Position numbers and translations under genes: made by a program
NCBI GenBank assembly: GCA_963796105.1
Contig: CAWCKJ010000012.1
Span: 96,001 to 160,000, forward strand
Origin: a candidate division FCPU426 bacterium
GTDB taxonomy: Bacteria; Oederibacteriota; Muellerivitia; Muellerivitales; Muellerivitaceae
DNA: 64,000 bases
Direction of reading: 5' to 3'
The notes under the pieces: generated by a model
Databases searched by the model: none
What the model was told of the DNA's origin: nothing
What the model saw: the letters and a program-made list of their open reading frames with translations, nothing else
Part shown: positions 51,489 to 62,299 of the stretch, one piece after another
How positions within the stretch are numbered: the stretch's first letter is position 1
Layout: every line of letters begins with the position of its first letter

Positions 51489-52661
51489 TTAATTTTCGAA
51501 TTTATTAAAATGAGTTTGACCGATCATTTTTAAGGCTGACAAAGTTTGTTTAGCGGTAGTCTCCATATTGAACAGGAATACTCTTGTTCTAATTTTATCT
51601 AGTAAGACAGAGGTAAAAGCTGGTTCAGACAATACTCTTTCCATTGCATTCGCCCATTTTTCAACGTCTAAAGGTTCAATCAACCAACCCGCATCACCTA
51701 AAATCTCAGGCATCACGGATGTGTTAGAACAAATAATGGGAACTCCGCAGCCTAAGGCTTCCAGTAAAGGCAACCCGAAACCCTCTCTTTGCGAAGGAAA
51801 AAGAAAAGCGGTCGCCCCTGTCAAGAGGGCCGGTTTATCACTCGGGTTTATATTTTCAAGCCATTTCACCTTCCCCTTCATTTGTGGGGAAAGAATTAAC
51901 TGGATGAAATCCTCGCCGACAGAACCTTTCGGGCCCGCTAATACCAATTCATGTGCGCATTGAAATTTTTGTTTGAAAAGAAGGAAAGCATGAACCAATC
52001 TCAGTAGATTTTGCCGGGGTTCCAAGGTCCCCGCAAAAAGGAAATAAGGATGGGTTAAATGGTAACGGGCACGTGTTTCCAGCACTCTGTCAGCAAGAGC
52101 AAGCCCTTGATAAGGTTCTGGTATGCCAAATGGAATCACACGAATCTTTGATTTATCAAGGAGGGGAAAAGTTTTGAGTATTTCCTGACGGTTGTAATCC
52201 GATCCAGTCAATAGAAGATCGGCCTTCTCCGCCTCTTTTTCCAAATCTCGGATGGGAATTTTCGCCTTTATCGCCGTAACCATTTCAGGATGAGTTAAAA
52301 GGGATAAATCGTGCACATATAGAACTTTTTTTCCCTGCTTTTGCGGTATAGGTTGGAAAAAATTAGGTGAAAAATATAAATCCGCGGGTCGTCCTATCAA
52401 TGTGTCAATGGACGGAGTGTTTAAAGTGGTCCAGGTTAGTTTCAGGGCCGCCCAGGGATAATGGGTGACGCTTAACGCCACAAACCGATTTTCCGATACC
52501 CGGGCCCGATCCTCGGCTGTCGGACTGTTCATCCATATATATAGTTTGTCCTCCTCCAGGATATGAGAAATTGCCTCCAGGAGGTAAGTCAAATACCAGC
52601 CCGCGTCTGACCTGGTACCTTGCAAGCAAGTCCCATCGATTCCTATGATCAATTCATTCAC
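51489..52661 (-). CDS. Glycosyltransferase family 4
   Basis: YVHDL, GTLEPRQN, PSQREGFGLPLLEALGCG. Confidence 0.92.
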   Translation of the reverse strand: MNELIIGIDGTCLQGTRSDAGWYLTYLLEAISHILEEDKLYIWMNSPTAEDRARVSENRFVALSVTHYPWAALKLTWTTLNTPSIDTLIGRPADLYFSPNFFQPIPQKQGKKVLYVHDLSLLTHPEMVTAIKAKIPIRDLEKEAEKADLLLTGSDYNRQEILKTFPLLDKSKIRVIPFGIPEPYQGLALADRVLETRARYHLTHPYFLFAGTLEPRQNLLRLVHAFLLFKQKFQCAHELVLAGPKGSVGEDFIQLILSPQMKGKVKWLENINPSDKPALLTGATAFLFPSQREGFGLPLLEALGCGVPIICSNTSVMPEILGDAGWLIEPLDVEKWANAMERVLSEPAFTSVLLDKIRTRVFLFNMETTAKQTLSALKMIGQTHFNKFEN

Positions 52662-52795
52662 CTGAATTTTAAAATTTCAGATTAACAAGTAACCGGCACG
52701 CTTTCCGAAACGCAGTTCTAACCGGAGAAGTTATTTTACGATTTCCATTTCGGCTTATGATTAATAAATCTCTCGCGTTTTCCGCAATTGGTCAA

Positions 52796-53881
52796 TCAAG
52801 TCCCGCAAATAATAGATTTGATTACTTGAATAGTTTTTTTCGCGCAACGATTCCAGGAATATTTTTTGGCTAGTTGTAAGCCTTTTTTTCGTAAAACGGA
52901 TCTTAATGCCGGTTTTTTTAAAATTCGTAATATACACTTCGCCATATCATTTGCGTCGTTAGGATTAAAATATAAAACCGCATCCAAGCATATCTCGGGC
53001 AACGAAGCAACTTTAGAAATGGCAACTGGGCATCCAGCCGCCATTGCCTCAAGCGGGGGCAAACCAAAACCTTCGTAAAAGGATGGAAATACTAAGGCTG
53101 ATGCCCCAGCGTACAATTGATGTAATTCGCTTTCCCCTACTTCTCCCAGGTAACGGACCCGATTGCCTGATTTTTCCAATTTTCGCAAGCCGTCCCGATC
53201 GGAAGTTTGAAAACCGTCCTTATTTCCCGCAATTAAAAGTTCATGGGGTATCAGGTTTTGCAATATCCTGAAAGCGTCAAGCAAACCGCTTAAATTCTTA
53301 TGGGGTTTTAAGTTCCCAACAAAAAGAAGGTAGGGCTTTCGGGGTTCAGCGATTGTCTTCTTAAACCAAACAGAATCAACGCCATTATGAATAACCTTGA
53401 TTTTTCTTTCATCAACTGGGACTCGATGGATTAACTCAGATTTCGTGAATTCGGACACGCATAGTATGGCCCGGTTTCTTTTAGCTACTTGTGAGAACAT
53501 CATTTTCGCATACCATCTACGATGCCATCCTTCCACCCATTGAGGATTGGCGAGGTGAAACACATCATGGACCGTTACCATCAACGGTCCTGGATAAAAA
53601 AGCGGTATATTATAGTGCGGAGACCAAAACAGGCTACAATCCCGGGGAATGGCCCTAAATAGAGCTAGTTGCTCGGAAACAGAATAAATAGGTGCATGAC
53701 ATTCAACCCAATTTACATTCTTTTGACGAATCCCTTTCCAACCTGCAATCTCCCTGTTAGGTCCTAATAAGGTGAAATGAACGTCCGGCAGGCCATGGAT
53801 AACCCTCGGCACCAAGTTCCTTATGTAGGAACCAATCCCTGAGGAACGGAACATTCGGGCATCAATAGCGATGGTTGTCAT
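52796..53881 (-). CDS. Glycosyltransferase family 4
   Basis: Start at MTTIAIDAR; SGIGSY, VGNLKPHKN, PSFYEGFGLPPLEAMAAG. Confidence 0.92.
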   Translation of the reverse strand: MTTIAIDARMFRSSGIGSYIRNLVPRVIHGLPDVHFTLLGPNREIAGWKGIRQKNVNWVECHAPIYSVSEQLALFRAIPRDCSLFWSPHYNIPLFYPGPLMVTVHDVFHLANPQWVEGWHRRWYAKMMFSQVAKRNRAILCVSEFTKSELIHRVPVDERKIKVIHNGVDSVWFKKTIAEPRKPYLLFVGNLKPHKNLSGLLDAFRILQNLIPHELLIAGNKDGFQTSDRDGLRKLEKSGNRVRYLGEVGESELHQLYAGASALVFPSFYEGFGLPPLEAMAAGCPVAISKVASLPEICLDAVLYFNPNDANDMAKCILRILKKPALRSVLRKKGLQLAKKYSWNRCAKKTIQVIKSIICGT

Positions 53882-53931
53882 TGGAACCTTATCATCGGAA
53901 TGGATATTAGATGTTTTGTTTCTTAAACATT

Positions 53932-54789
53932 TTATCCGCCATATTTCAAAAATCCTTCTATTCTCCCAGAGGCGATTACCCAACAATGATTCGCACGTTT
54001 TAAATCTAATTTGAGCACGAAATAGAATATACCGGCGATTTGTTTAAGGATTTTCCAAAAGGCCAGCCCGTAAAAACTATGTTTCCGGCAAAGAGCGCCA
54101 AATCCCATGGCATATTTTTTCAGTTTCACGGGATCCATCGTTACAGAATCCACTAACGGATGGTAAACCAGAATATCGGGCTTGAATTGGATCGGGAATC
54201 CTTTTTTTAAGCAACGAGAGGCGAAATCCGTCTCTTCCCCAGAACCCCAGTCCCCTCCAATCCCAAAATGTTCGTCGAAAAACCCCACCGCCTTAATCGC
54301 CTCCTTTGGATAAAACTGTCCAATTGAAATGCCAAGAAAAACGCTCGCATCCCGCGGGGATCTTATGAGCTTTTCAAACCTCGGATAGCGGAGAAAATCT
54401 TTTTCCGTATCCGGATCTCTTCCGCGGATAAATAGGCCTGACTTCCCGCCTGTTTCCGTAAAATATTGGAAAACCTTTTTCAAGGTGTCGGGAGCGTAAT
54501 AACAATCGTCATCCGGAAAAGCCACATATTTCCCGCGTATCTTTCCCAATCCCAAGTTCCTGGCATGTGACAAGCCTAAAGACGGTACCTTAAGATGCAC
54601 TAAAGTAAGACTGTCGGAATAGTATTCCAAAATCTTTTCCAACCGGTCGTCGGAATTTTGGTCCACAACAATCGTCTCAATATCATTTTTTGTGTCAAAC
54701 TCTGAATTTTTTTGTCCGGCAATGGAATCCAATAGTCTGCCTAATTCAGCCGAGCGATAAACGGTTGGAATGATGAGCGAAAATATCAT
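53932..54789 (-). CDS. Glycosyltransferase family 2
   Basis: FSLIIPT, VVDQN, GLSHARN, FPDDDC, GSGEETD. Confidence 0.9.
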   Translation of the reverse strand: MIFSLIIPTVYRSAELGRLLDSIAGQKNSEFDTKNDIETIVVDQNSDDRLEKILEYYSDSLTLVHLKVPSLGLSHARNLGLGKIRGKYVAFPDDDCYYAPDTLKKVFQYFTETGGKSGLFIRGRDPDTEKDFLRYPRFEKLIRSPRDASVFLGISIGQFYPKEAIKAVGFFDEHFGIGGDWGSGEETDFASRCLKKGFPIQFKPDILVYHPLVDSVTMDPVKLKKYAMGFGALCRKHSFYGLAFWKILKQIAGIFYFVLKLDLKRANHCWVIASGRIEGFLKYGG

Positions 54790-54875
54790 TTTCAGTTCTT
54801 TGATTAAGTTATTTGGTAAAACCTAACTGGACAATCCCTGTTTCAACGGCATACAGCCCATGAATAAAGGTTATA

Positions 54876-55895
54876 ATGAATCCAAATCCATCTAAAATCA
54901 TATGTTTTTTATCACGAAAAAACAAAAATGGAGATTCTTGTTTGAAAACCAGAATTAAACCGGGTGTGACAGTATTAATGCCGGTCTACAACGGCGAAAA
55001 GAACCTTGTCAAGACCGTTCAAAGCATCCAGGGCCAGACCTTCAGGAATTTTGAATTCATCATTGTTGATGACGGTTCCACCGATGGAACTCGAAAGTTA
55101 TTAAACCAATGCGCCAGGACGGATAAAAGAATAAGAATTATTAAAAATATCACGAATCTTGGTATCGTCGGTTCCTTAAATAGGGGTTTGAGGACCGCTA
55201 AAGGGGACTTGGTCGCCAGGATCGATTGCGGGGATATCTGTGCGCCACAAAGGCTGTCGTTACAATACAAATATTTTTATAAATTCCCGCGTACCGTCCT
55301 TTTGGGAACTCAAATCAACCGTGTCAATAAAGAAGGAATATTGGTTGGAAGAACTTCCCTTCCTGAAGACAACATTAAAATCAGAGAATCTCTTTTTTTA
55401 AAGCAAAGCGTAATCACCCATCCGTCCGCCATGTTCCGCAGGATTAAAGGCCTTTATTATCGGGAAAATGCCTATCCGGCTGAAGACTATGATTATTGGT
55501 TGAGAATTTTAGAATACGGAGAGGCGGCCAACTTGCACGAATGCCTCGTGTATCTTGTGAATGATCCAGCCAGCATCTCGCACACAAATTGGATGAAGCA
55601 AATAATAGCCGTAAATTTTATCAGAAATTCATTGCTTGATCGTTTAAAGTTCGGGAAAGAGATTCATGAGTTGCCCAATCTCAGATCGATCCACAAACAC
55701 CGGTGGATTTGGGTTACTCGATTATACGGTTACAAGATTAAAAATAATTATTACAAATATCACCCGATGAATTTCTTTATTCATTTTTTGATGGGTATTC
55801 TTTACCCTACAACCATCATCAACAAGACACCCTTGATTCAACTAATTAAATATCTCCATCGTAAAGAATTCAGGAAATTTTGCATCGGTACATAA
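54876..55895 (+). CDS. Glycosyltransferase family 2 (inverted relative to the cluster)
   Basis: VLMPVYNGE, VDDGSTD, SLNRG, ARIDCGD, AEDYDYW; true start may be the TTG near 54942. Confidence 0.88.
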   Translation: MNPNPSKIICFLSRKNKNGDSCLKTRIKPGVTVLMPVYNGEKNLVKTVQSIQGQTFRNFEFIIVDDGSTDGTRKLLNQCARTDKRIRIIKNITNLGIVGSLNRGLRTAKGDLVARIDCGDICAPQRLSLQYKYFYKFPRTVLLGTQINRVNKEGILVGRTSLPEDNIKIRESLFLKQSVITHPSAMFRRIKGLYYRENAYPAEDYDYWLRILEYGEAANLHECLVYLVNDPASISHTNWMKQIIAVNFIRNSLLDRLKFGKEIHELPNLRSIHKHRWIWVTRLYGYKIKNNYYKYHPMNFFIHFLMGILYPTTIINKTPLIQLIKYLHRKEFRKFCIGT

Positions 55896-56089
55896 AATTT
55901 ATTTTTCCGAATAAGATGGTTCGCGTTAAACAATCAAAGTGAAGCCGCTCTTTGGGCTAATGCCTGGGATTTTCTAGCAGTTTTGATAAACTTTTGGTCG
56001 TCACGCCGCGCAATCACGGATTTGCGCGCCAATCATTTATTAAGCACTTTAATCGGTTACTAACCCGCCACGGTTTGGGTGCCAAGTTC

Positions 56090-56476
56090 ATCAAGGTTCC
56101 GTACAATATTTTTTTCCTGATCCATCACAAAGACTATCAAACTTGCTCAGCGCCCGTTCCCGGACGCCCATTTCAGGGCGTTTGCCGGATTAACAGCATT
56201 GTTTACCAAGTGCCCACCAGGTGTTTCGGCAATACCGCATGCAGAATAATTAAGATTGAAACCTCTGAAAAACTATTAAAAGGCGGCCAACAGAGGTTTC
56301 GGCCCCATGCCGATTTCTACTGAAGCTTCAAAGAGATCGGCATAGTCCTGAATACCATCGCGTTTTAACGCGATGGAGGACAAAGATTTCCGCAGGCCTT
56401 GGTTTTGCGAGCTTTTCGGTTTCGTGGGTACATAGGGGCTCTTCCCTATGAACGCCGTCAAATCGGGGGTTTCCAT
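56090..56476 (-). pseudogene. Possible degraded GT4 C-terminal remnant
   Basis: Fragments in shifting frames resemble GT4 C-terminal motifs in order: RDGIQDYADLF, SFSE(G)F, ACGI, KRPEMGVRERALSKF. Confidence 0.3.
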
Positions 56477-56528
56477 AAATGTTTTTCTGAAAAAGGAGGC
56501 AATAGCCGACTTTTTCAGAGGTTACGGA

Positions 56529-57473
56529 TTAGGTGATTCCTGAAGCGGGGGGAACGCGAGTTTTCCCGGGAATCTTCTTGAATATATTTTTTAGGAACCT
56601 CACAAAAAGCCGGCTGGGAGCTATTTTTTTTTGCCATTTCTCGAAGGACACAAAATCGAATCTCAGGGAGAAAATGAAAAGAAACAATCCTATCAGGGGC
56701 CCTTTCAAGTCGGAACCCAGAAATTCCGCGCCGTTCCTTTTCCAATTATTTTTCTTTTTAAAAGTGACGGATTCCGGATAATTTTCATAGTTCCAAACCC
56801 CCATCGTTTCATACTCGCTGAATTCGCTGGATTCCAGCCCCGGCAGGCTCTCCAAGACCGTCTGGATATAAGACCGGCTGCCTGTTCCAGCGATGGCGCT
56901 GACAACTTCCCTGGCCCAACGGACTTTCGTGGGAAAACATTGCGCAACAAAAGAGAACTCCGCGCTTTTTTCCAACCTTAGTAGTTTTTGGATCGTCTGA
57001 AAATACGGCTGGTGATTCTCAAGGCTGTAATAATACTCAATCTTTCCATTTGAGTTTTTAAAACGTATTTTTCCGAGGGGAACTGTATCCGAGTCCCAAA
57101 TCAGCACGAGATCATTATCCCGTAATAAAGGATCGATCACCGCGTTGATCTTGAGGAATTGCTGAAATAACCATCCTCCCCTTTGTTTATTGGCCACAAC
57201 TGCGGATTTATTAATTCGTTCTTGCTCAATTCTCGAGACGAATTGGCTTTCTCCCGCGATCCGCCAGCCCAGGGGGGTGAGATCCGTGAATTCGGGAACT
57301 TGGTTGTCAGGACAAATCAGTAGGTATTCGTCCGATTCGATAAACTTCAATATTCTCGACGCCGAGTAGTGCCATACCCCTGAATCCTGAAGTGTGCAGG
57401 GGCAAACAATCCTCCGAAACTCTTTCGCGATTTTTCCATTGTAATCAGAACCCAACGACGCTTTGTCTTTCAT
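56529..57473 (-). CDS. Putative GT-A fold transferase (DUF6492-like)
   Basis: GWLFQQFLKI, LIWDSDT (DxD), FSEYETMG; polysaccharide-cluster context. Confidence 0.7.
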   Translation of the reverse strand: MKDKASLGSDYNGKIAKEFRRIVCPCTLQDSGVWHYSASRILKFIESDEYLLICPDNQVPEFTDLTPLGWRIAGESQFVSRIEQERINKSAVVANKQRGGWLFQQFLKINAVIDPLLRDNDLVLIWDSDTVPLGKIRFKNSNGKIEYYYSLENHQPYFQTIQKLLRLEKSAEFSFVAQCFPTKVRWAREVVSAIAGTGSRSYIQTVLESLPGLESSEFSEYETMGVWNYENYPESVTFKKKNNWKRNGAEFLGSDLKGPLIGLFLFIFSLRFDFVSFEKWQKKIAPSRLFVRFLKNIFKKIPGKTRVPPASGIT

Positions 57474-57509
57474 GGCATTCCCAACAGCCCCACGGGGACC
57501 GTTTCCAGT

Positions 57510-58853
57510 TTATTTTCTAAAAAAAACGGTTTTATGGGCGGCCTTCCATCCGGAGCCGGTCTTTTTCAAGTTGCGAAAGGACGCCCAAACGCAAATAACC
57601 AACAAGATGGTTTCGCTGGCAAGATTGACACTGGAAGCCGCGAACATTCCATATTTCGGGATGAAATAAAGATTTGAAAAGAGGGAAAAAAGGGCCATCC
57701 CGACTGCGGTAAAAAATAGCAACCTGTCATGTCGATCATCGGTCATCAAACCCCAATAGAAGATACCACCAATGACGACGACGATTTTGGATGTGACAAG
57801 GATGAAACAGGGAATGGCGGCCTGGGTAAATGCCGCCCCGAAAACCAGGGGGTAAAGAAGGGGGATCAGGATGAAACCAAGCAACATAGTCAAGACGCCT
57901 AAAAGAGTGAAAAAGCCCGCCAATTTCAACTGGCGCCGCCAGAGGATATCCAGCCCCCGTTTCCGCCATTCAATAAACCTGGGATAAAGAATCGTGGGTA
58001 TGATGATAAAAAAAGAATCCGCTGTGCCCACAACAGTCACCGCCGTGCGGTACTTCCCTAATTCATCCACCGAATTCAACCACCCTAAAAGCGGTTGTTC
58101 CAGTGTCGTATACACATAACTGCACAAACCCGCGATAAAAAGCCACCGGGATTTTACGATGAGCCGCCAGGCCATATGAAAGCCCTGAAAGTCGAAAAGG
58201 CTTCCTTTCATGGGGGTAAGCCGGTAAATGGCCCACCAATAGACGGCGGTCAACAAAACCGTGACTATTGTGAGAACCGCCAAGTCAGCCCCAGCGGACA
58301 TCCCGGCCCTGAAAAAACAAATGTAAAAACCCGCCTTGAGGGCTGATTGAATCACGGAGATCGCGGATTGGAAGTGCTGTTTTTCGGCGGCTTGGAAGAC
58401 CCAGGTGGGTTGGAGCGCGTTAACCAGAAGCAAAGGGATAAAGAACCATCCGGCAAAATGGTAATCAGCTGGGACCATGTGGAAGGCCATAACGGTAGCG
58501 CCTACGAGGCAAAACAACAAAGAACCAGCCAAACGGAAGGTTGTGGTGATCCGGATGAGCTGGTTTCGAGCGCCTTCAGTGCGGGCGTATTTGTATTCCC
58601 GTATGAGCACTGTGGTATATATGGCACTGAGAAGAATGGTGGCTTGCGACACCATGTTCTGAACCATCCCAGAAAGACCCAGGTTATAGGATCCCAGGCA
58701 CCGGACCGCCCAGGCTGTACCAACAAAAGCGAAAGCCAGACCCGCCACCCGCGCCCCAGCCATGATGCCAGCCTGGGATAGGATTCGTTTACGGGAGAGA
58801 AAACTGGCAACGGATTGCCTTATTAAACTTCTAAGTTCAAAATCGGATTTCAA
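57510..58853 (-). CDS. Oligosaccharide flippase (Wzx family)
   Basis: Many TM helices, WVFQAAEK, ELGKYRTA, FIPKYGMFAAS. Confidence 0.87.
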   Translation of the reverse strand: MKSDFELRSLIRQSVASFLSRKRILSQAGIMAGARVAGLAFAFVGTAWAVRCLGSYNLGLSGMVQNMVSQATILLSAIYTTVLIREYKYARTEGARNQLIRITTTFRLAGSLLFCLVGATVMAFHMVPADYHFAGWFFIPLLLVNALQPTWVFQAAEKQHFQSAISVIQSALKAGFYICFFRAGMSAGADLAVLTIVTVLLTAVYWWAIYRLTPMKGSLFDFQGFHMAWRLIVKSRWLFIAGLCSYVYTTLEQPLLGWLNSVDELGKYRTAVTVVGTADSFFIIIPTILYPRFIEWRKRGLDILWRRQLKLAGFFTLLGVLTMLLGFILIPLLYPLVFGAAFTQAAIPCFILVTSKIVVVIGGIFYWGLMTDDRHDRLLFFTAVGMALFSLFSNLYFIPKYGMFAASSVNLASETILLVICVWASFRNLKKTGSGWKAAHKTVFFRK

Positions 58854-58890
58854 AACAGAAGCCTCGTATAAAAAAAATTTCCGGTTCTTC

Positions 58891-59784
58891 TCACACCCTG
58901 GTCCATTCCCTAGGGATTAAATCCCTCGTGTCATGTCCCAAACCCGCGAACCAATTACGGGGAGCGAACACGCATTTACCAGAACGTTGGGAAAGCCAGG
59001 CCGCCCACCAGGAAAAACTGCTGTTAGCAATCGCAAAAGTCTTACAAGCGCTCATGAGGCGAAGGTCTTCATGGGGCGATCCGACGTTATGATCAATCGC
59101 CGCCACTTTTATACCCGGAGGGATAAATCTCATGGCCTTTTCCGGCTCATCTGAAAAAAGAAAATAGGAAAATTTTTGAGGCCTTCTCCTAATCCTCCGA
59201 AGAACTGCCTGGTAATAAGATGCGGTGAGATTGCCATGGGCCGTAGAAGCGGATGTGGAACTGATGTAATCTCCCAACCGGACGTGAATGCAAACCGAAT
59301 TCCGGGACCTGATTTTACCCAGCAAATCCAAATTCCTCCCCGTTGCTTCGGTTTTAAGCGAGAAATCCCCTTGGATATTTTCCCTATTTTCCCCAATATA
59401 TTTCCAGGACTGCCAATAACCCTCCAGATAGGTAAAATTCCCGTTTTTCGCCTTGACCTCTTGGTGCGTAAATTTCTTTTCGCGAATGTAATCGCCCTGG
59501 AGCCATCCGCGTTCCGCAAGGAAGTACCTGATTTTCCGGGAAACAAAAAAACCCCTCGCGGCCAACCCCAATCGGTTCGCGATTCCCGCGCGCAATTGGA
59601 ATAAATCCAAACCATAAACGCGGACAACACCTTTGTCATCGTCTCGAATCGCGGGTTCTCCCGGGGTTGCCAAATCACGGATATCCAGTTCCAAACCCAC
59701 TCCCAAGCGGTCAGCCAGACTTCGCGCCGTCGCGTATTGGAACATTTGGTTTCCAAGCCCGCCGCTGAGGGAAGTAACAATCAT
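58891..59784 (-). CDS. Alpha-1,2-fucosyltransferase family protein (GT11)
   Basis: GGLGNQMFQYA, GYWQS, IHVRLGDY, FSD, ANSSFSWWAAW. Confidence 0.92.
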   Translation of the reverse strand: MIVTSLSGGLGNQMFQYATARSLADRLGVGLELDIRDLATPGEPAIRDDDKGVVRVYGLDLFQLRAGIANRLGLAARGFFVSRKIRYFLAERGWLQGDYIREKKFTHQEVKAKNGNFTYLEGYWQSWKYIGENRENIQGDFSLKTEATGRNLDLLGKIRSRNSVCIHVRLGDYISSTSASTAHGNLTASYYQAVLRRIRRRPQKFSYFLFSDEPEKAMRFIPPGIKVAAIDHNVGSPHEDLRLMSACKTFAIANSSFSWWAAWLSQRSGKCVFAPRNWFAGLGHDTRDLIPREWTRV

Positions 59785-61238
59785 TCTTGATTCCTTAAGG
59801 CCTTAAGGCCAATTATCGATTTTAAGCTGGATAAGTCCTCGTCATTAAAAGCCCGTAATAAGTAAAGTCCCGAACCATAAACCAGGGGACCCAAGACAAG
59901 CCAGTAAAGACGCGGATCAAGAAAAATTCCAAGTCCCATTATGCTTGATGCGGCTAATGCCGTGAATATGGGTTTGAATAAATGAATCCCCGCTGGAAAA
60001 TGAAGATAAGGTCGAGTCATGTTAAACCCTATAAAAATTCCAAATATTTCACAAACCACAGTGGCCCAGGAGGCTCCCAACGCTCCCCATCGCGGGATAA
60101 AAATAAGGTTTAAAAGCACATTTAACAGGAATAATACTAGGAAAAGAGCGTTCAAGCGGCCGGTGTTCTTAATGGCTAAGACGCTGGTATAAACGTTAGA
60201 GAGGAAAAAAAATAGAACGGACAACGCTAGAACCGCGAACAAAGGGCCTGAGGGAGAGTACTTTGGGCCTGAAATTAAAACAAGCAAGGGCTCCGAAAGA
60301 AAATAACCCCCCATCGTTATGGGAAGGCCTAGAAAAACAAGAACCTTGATGGCCCGGAACGCCAATCGGCTGAATTTATGAGGATCATCCTGGAGTGAGG
60401 AAAATACGGGAAATAGGGCCTGGTTAAATTGTTGGGAAAGCATGAGCGCCACCAATAAAACCCTGCAAGCCAAGTCGTAATAACCAACTGACTCGTTTCC
60501 GGATAAACTTTTCAATAAAACTGCATCCACTCGATAATAAAGCATCTGGAGGGCCCCAAAAGTCGCCAATGGAATGGCTTCTTTAAATACGGAAAACACC
60601 TCATTTATATGGAGCATATATAACTGGGGCCACCATCCTTGCCGGTAGCCTGCCAACGATACCACCAATAATTGGATCGAACTGGCCAAGACCCAAATCC
60701 AGCAGGTCTCTACAACTCCTCCTCCCCAATGAACAACCAGCATGATGCCGAATAACCGAATAGACGCCGATAAAATAAGGGAAAAGGAATTAATTCCCAT
60801 CTTTTCATGAGCTTGAAAAAGATAGATATAACCCCCGGAAAGGGAGTCTAAAAAAATACGCAGTCCCAAAACCGCCATTCCTATTTTAAGGACCGGCTCA
60901 TATTTCAAGATAAAAGCCGACCCTATTAAAATAAACCAAAGGGCAGTGGAAAAGAAGATCCGCAAAACCATGACGTTTCGAAGGTAAAAATTTGAGGACG
61001 TCTTGTTTCGGGCCACTTCCCGGACAACCAGCGTGTTCAGGCCCAATTCGCTGAAAATAGCGAAAATAGAAATCCAATTTACTACTACTGCGTATTGTCC
61101 GTAAACCCCCACCTCCCTCCAAGTGCGGGTCAGGTAAGCAATCTGGGCCCAAGTGAAAATACGGGAGAGAAAATCCGCGCCGAAAAGGAAGAGAGTGTTC
61201 TTTGTTATCCGGCGGGCACGGCTTTCAACGGTTGTCAT
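59781..61238 (-). CDS. Oligosaccharide flippase (Wzx family)
   Basis: KNTLFL, ELGLNTLVVRE, YYRVDAVLL, VGYY, FIPRWGALGAS. Confidence 0.9.
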   Translation of the reverse strand: MTTVESRARRITKNTLFLFGADFLSRIFTWAQIAYLTRTWREVGVYGQYAVVVNWISIFAIFSELGLNTLVVREVARNKTSSNFYLRNVMVLRIFFSTALWFILIGSAFILKYEPVLKIGMAVLGLRIFLDSLSGGYIYLFQAHEKMGINSFSLILSASIRLFGIMLVVHWGGGVVETCWIWVLASSIQLLVVSLAGYRQGWWPQLYMLHINEVFSVFKEAIPLATFGALQMLYYRVDAVLLKSLSGNESVGYYDLACRVLLVALMLSQQFNQALFPVFSSLQDDPHKFSRLAFRAIKVLVFLGLPITMGGYFLSEPLLVLISGPKYSPSGPLFAVLALSVLFFFLSNVYTSVLAIKNTGRLNALFLVLFLLNVLLNLIFIPRWGALGASWATVVCEIFGIFIGFNMTRPYLHFPAGIHLFKPIFTALAASSIMGLGIFLDPRLYWLVLGPLVYGSGLYLLRAFNDEDLSSLKSIIGLKALRNQE

Positions 61239-61999
61239 AGACCTGCGGAATTAGGTTTAAAATGAGAGTAACGGCCCTGGAGATCATTCCACCGAACAAC
61301 GAGAAGATCGAAAAACATGCGCGTCGAATCCCGAATGACGTTGACTTTTGAATAGGGGGAATCAAACCACTCCACGGGTATTTCTGACATTCGGAACCCG
61401 TGTTTTTTTGCTATATAGAGGAGTTCAACGTCAAAGCCGAACCGCTCGATCGTTTGTTGGGGGAAAATGCTCTTGGCCGCTTCACGGGTAAAAGCCTTAA
61501 AACCGCATTGGGTGTCCCATATCCCGGGAGTCGCCAGCGTTTGAACTAATATATTGAAAATTCTCCCCATGGCTTCCCGGTAAATGGGTTGATGAACTTT
61601 GACCAGCTTGCGGTCCACTGCCCGGCTCCCCACCAGCACCTCATAACCCTCATTAAATGCTGGTTCAAACTTGTCGAATTGGGTAAGGGGGGTAGCATTG
61701 TCCGCGTCCATAAAAAGAACTAAACGGCCTTGGGACGCCAAGGCCCCGGTCCTGACCGCCGCTCCTTTTCCCCGATTCATATCATGCCGCAGGACCTTAA
61801 GGCCAATAAGCTTTCCTGTTTTTTTCCGGAATTTCTCTACGATTTGAAGGGTTTTATCTTTGCATCCGTCATCCACTAAAATAATTTCAGCTGTCCACTT
61901 CTTTTTTTTCAAATAAACGAAAGCTTCCTCAAGTGTTTTTCCAATCCTTGCTTCCTCGTTATAGATAGGAATGACGATGGAAAGTTTCGGCTGGCTCAT
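61235..61999 (-). CDS. Polyprenyl-phosphate glycosyltransferase (dolichyl-phosphate beta-glucosyltransferase-like GT2)
   Basis: IPIYNEE, NRGKGAAV, FMDAD, DTQCGFK, FGFDVE. Confidence 0.92.
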   Translation of the reverse strand: MSQPKLSIVIPIYNEEARIGKTLEEAFVYLKKKKWTAEIILVDDGCKDKTLQIVEKFRKKTGKLIGLKVLRHDMNRGKGAAVRTGALASQGRLVLFMDADNATPLTQFDKFEPAFNEGYEVLVGSRAVDRKLVKVHQPIYREAMGRIFNILVQTLATPGIWDTQCGFKAFTREAAKSIFPQQTIERFGFDVELLYIAKKHGFRMSEIPVEWFDSPYSKVNVIRDSTRMFFDLLVVRWNDLQGRYSHFKPNSAGL

Positions 62000-62299
62000 G
62001 TATCCAATCCTTTGTCAAATATTCTTTTAATGTCCCGGGCCAAGGCCTTAATGAAGGATTTATTTCCCCCGTTTTATAAAGGCTAAAACCAAGACAAATG
62101 AATCAAATGGAAAAAAGGATACTCCGCGAGAATTAGTTTTTCTCCTTGCCATTTAGTCCTTCCATAAATATTCAACGGGTTGGGATTGTCCTCATCATCA
62201 TAAGGGTCATTTTTATTACCGTCAAAAACACAGCTAATGGATATCCCGGATTTCCAATGAATTCCATGGGGAATGATCCGATATTAACAAGGGGGTTCA

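Noticed and set aside
55994..56323. 109-aa plus-strand ORF after the inverted GT2
   Set aside because: No RBS or recognisable motif; the opposite strand better fits pseudogene debris.
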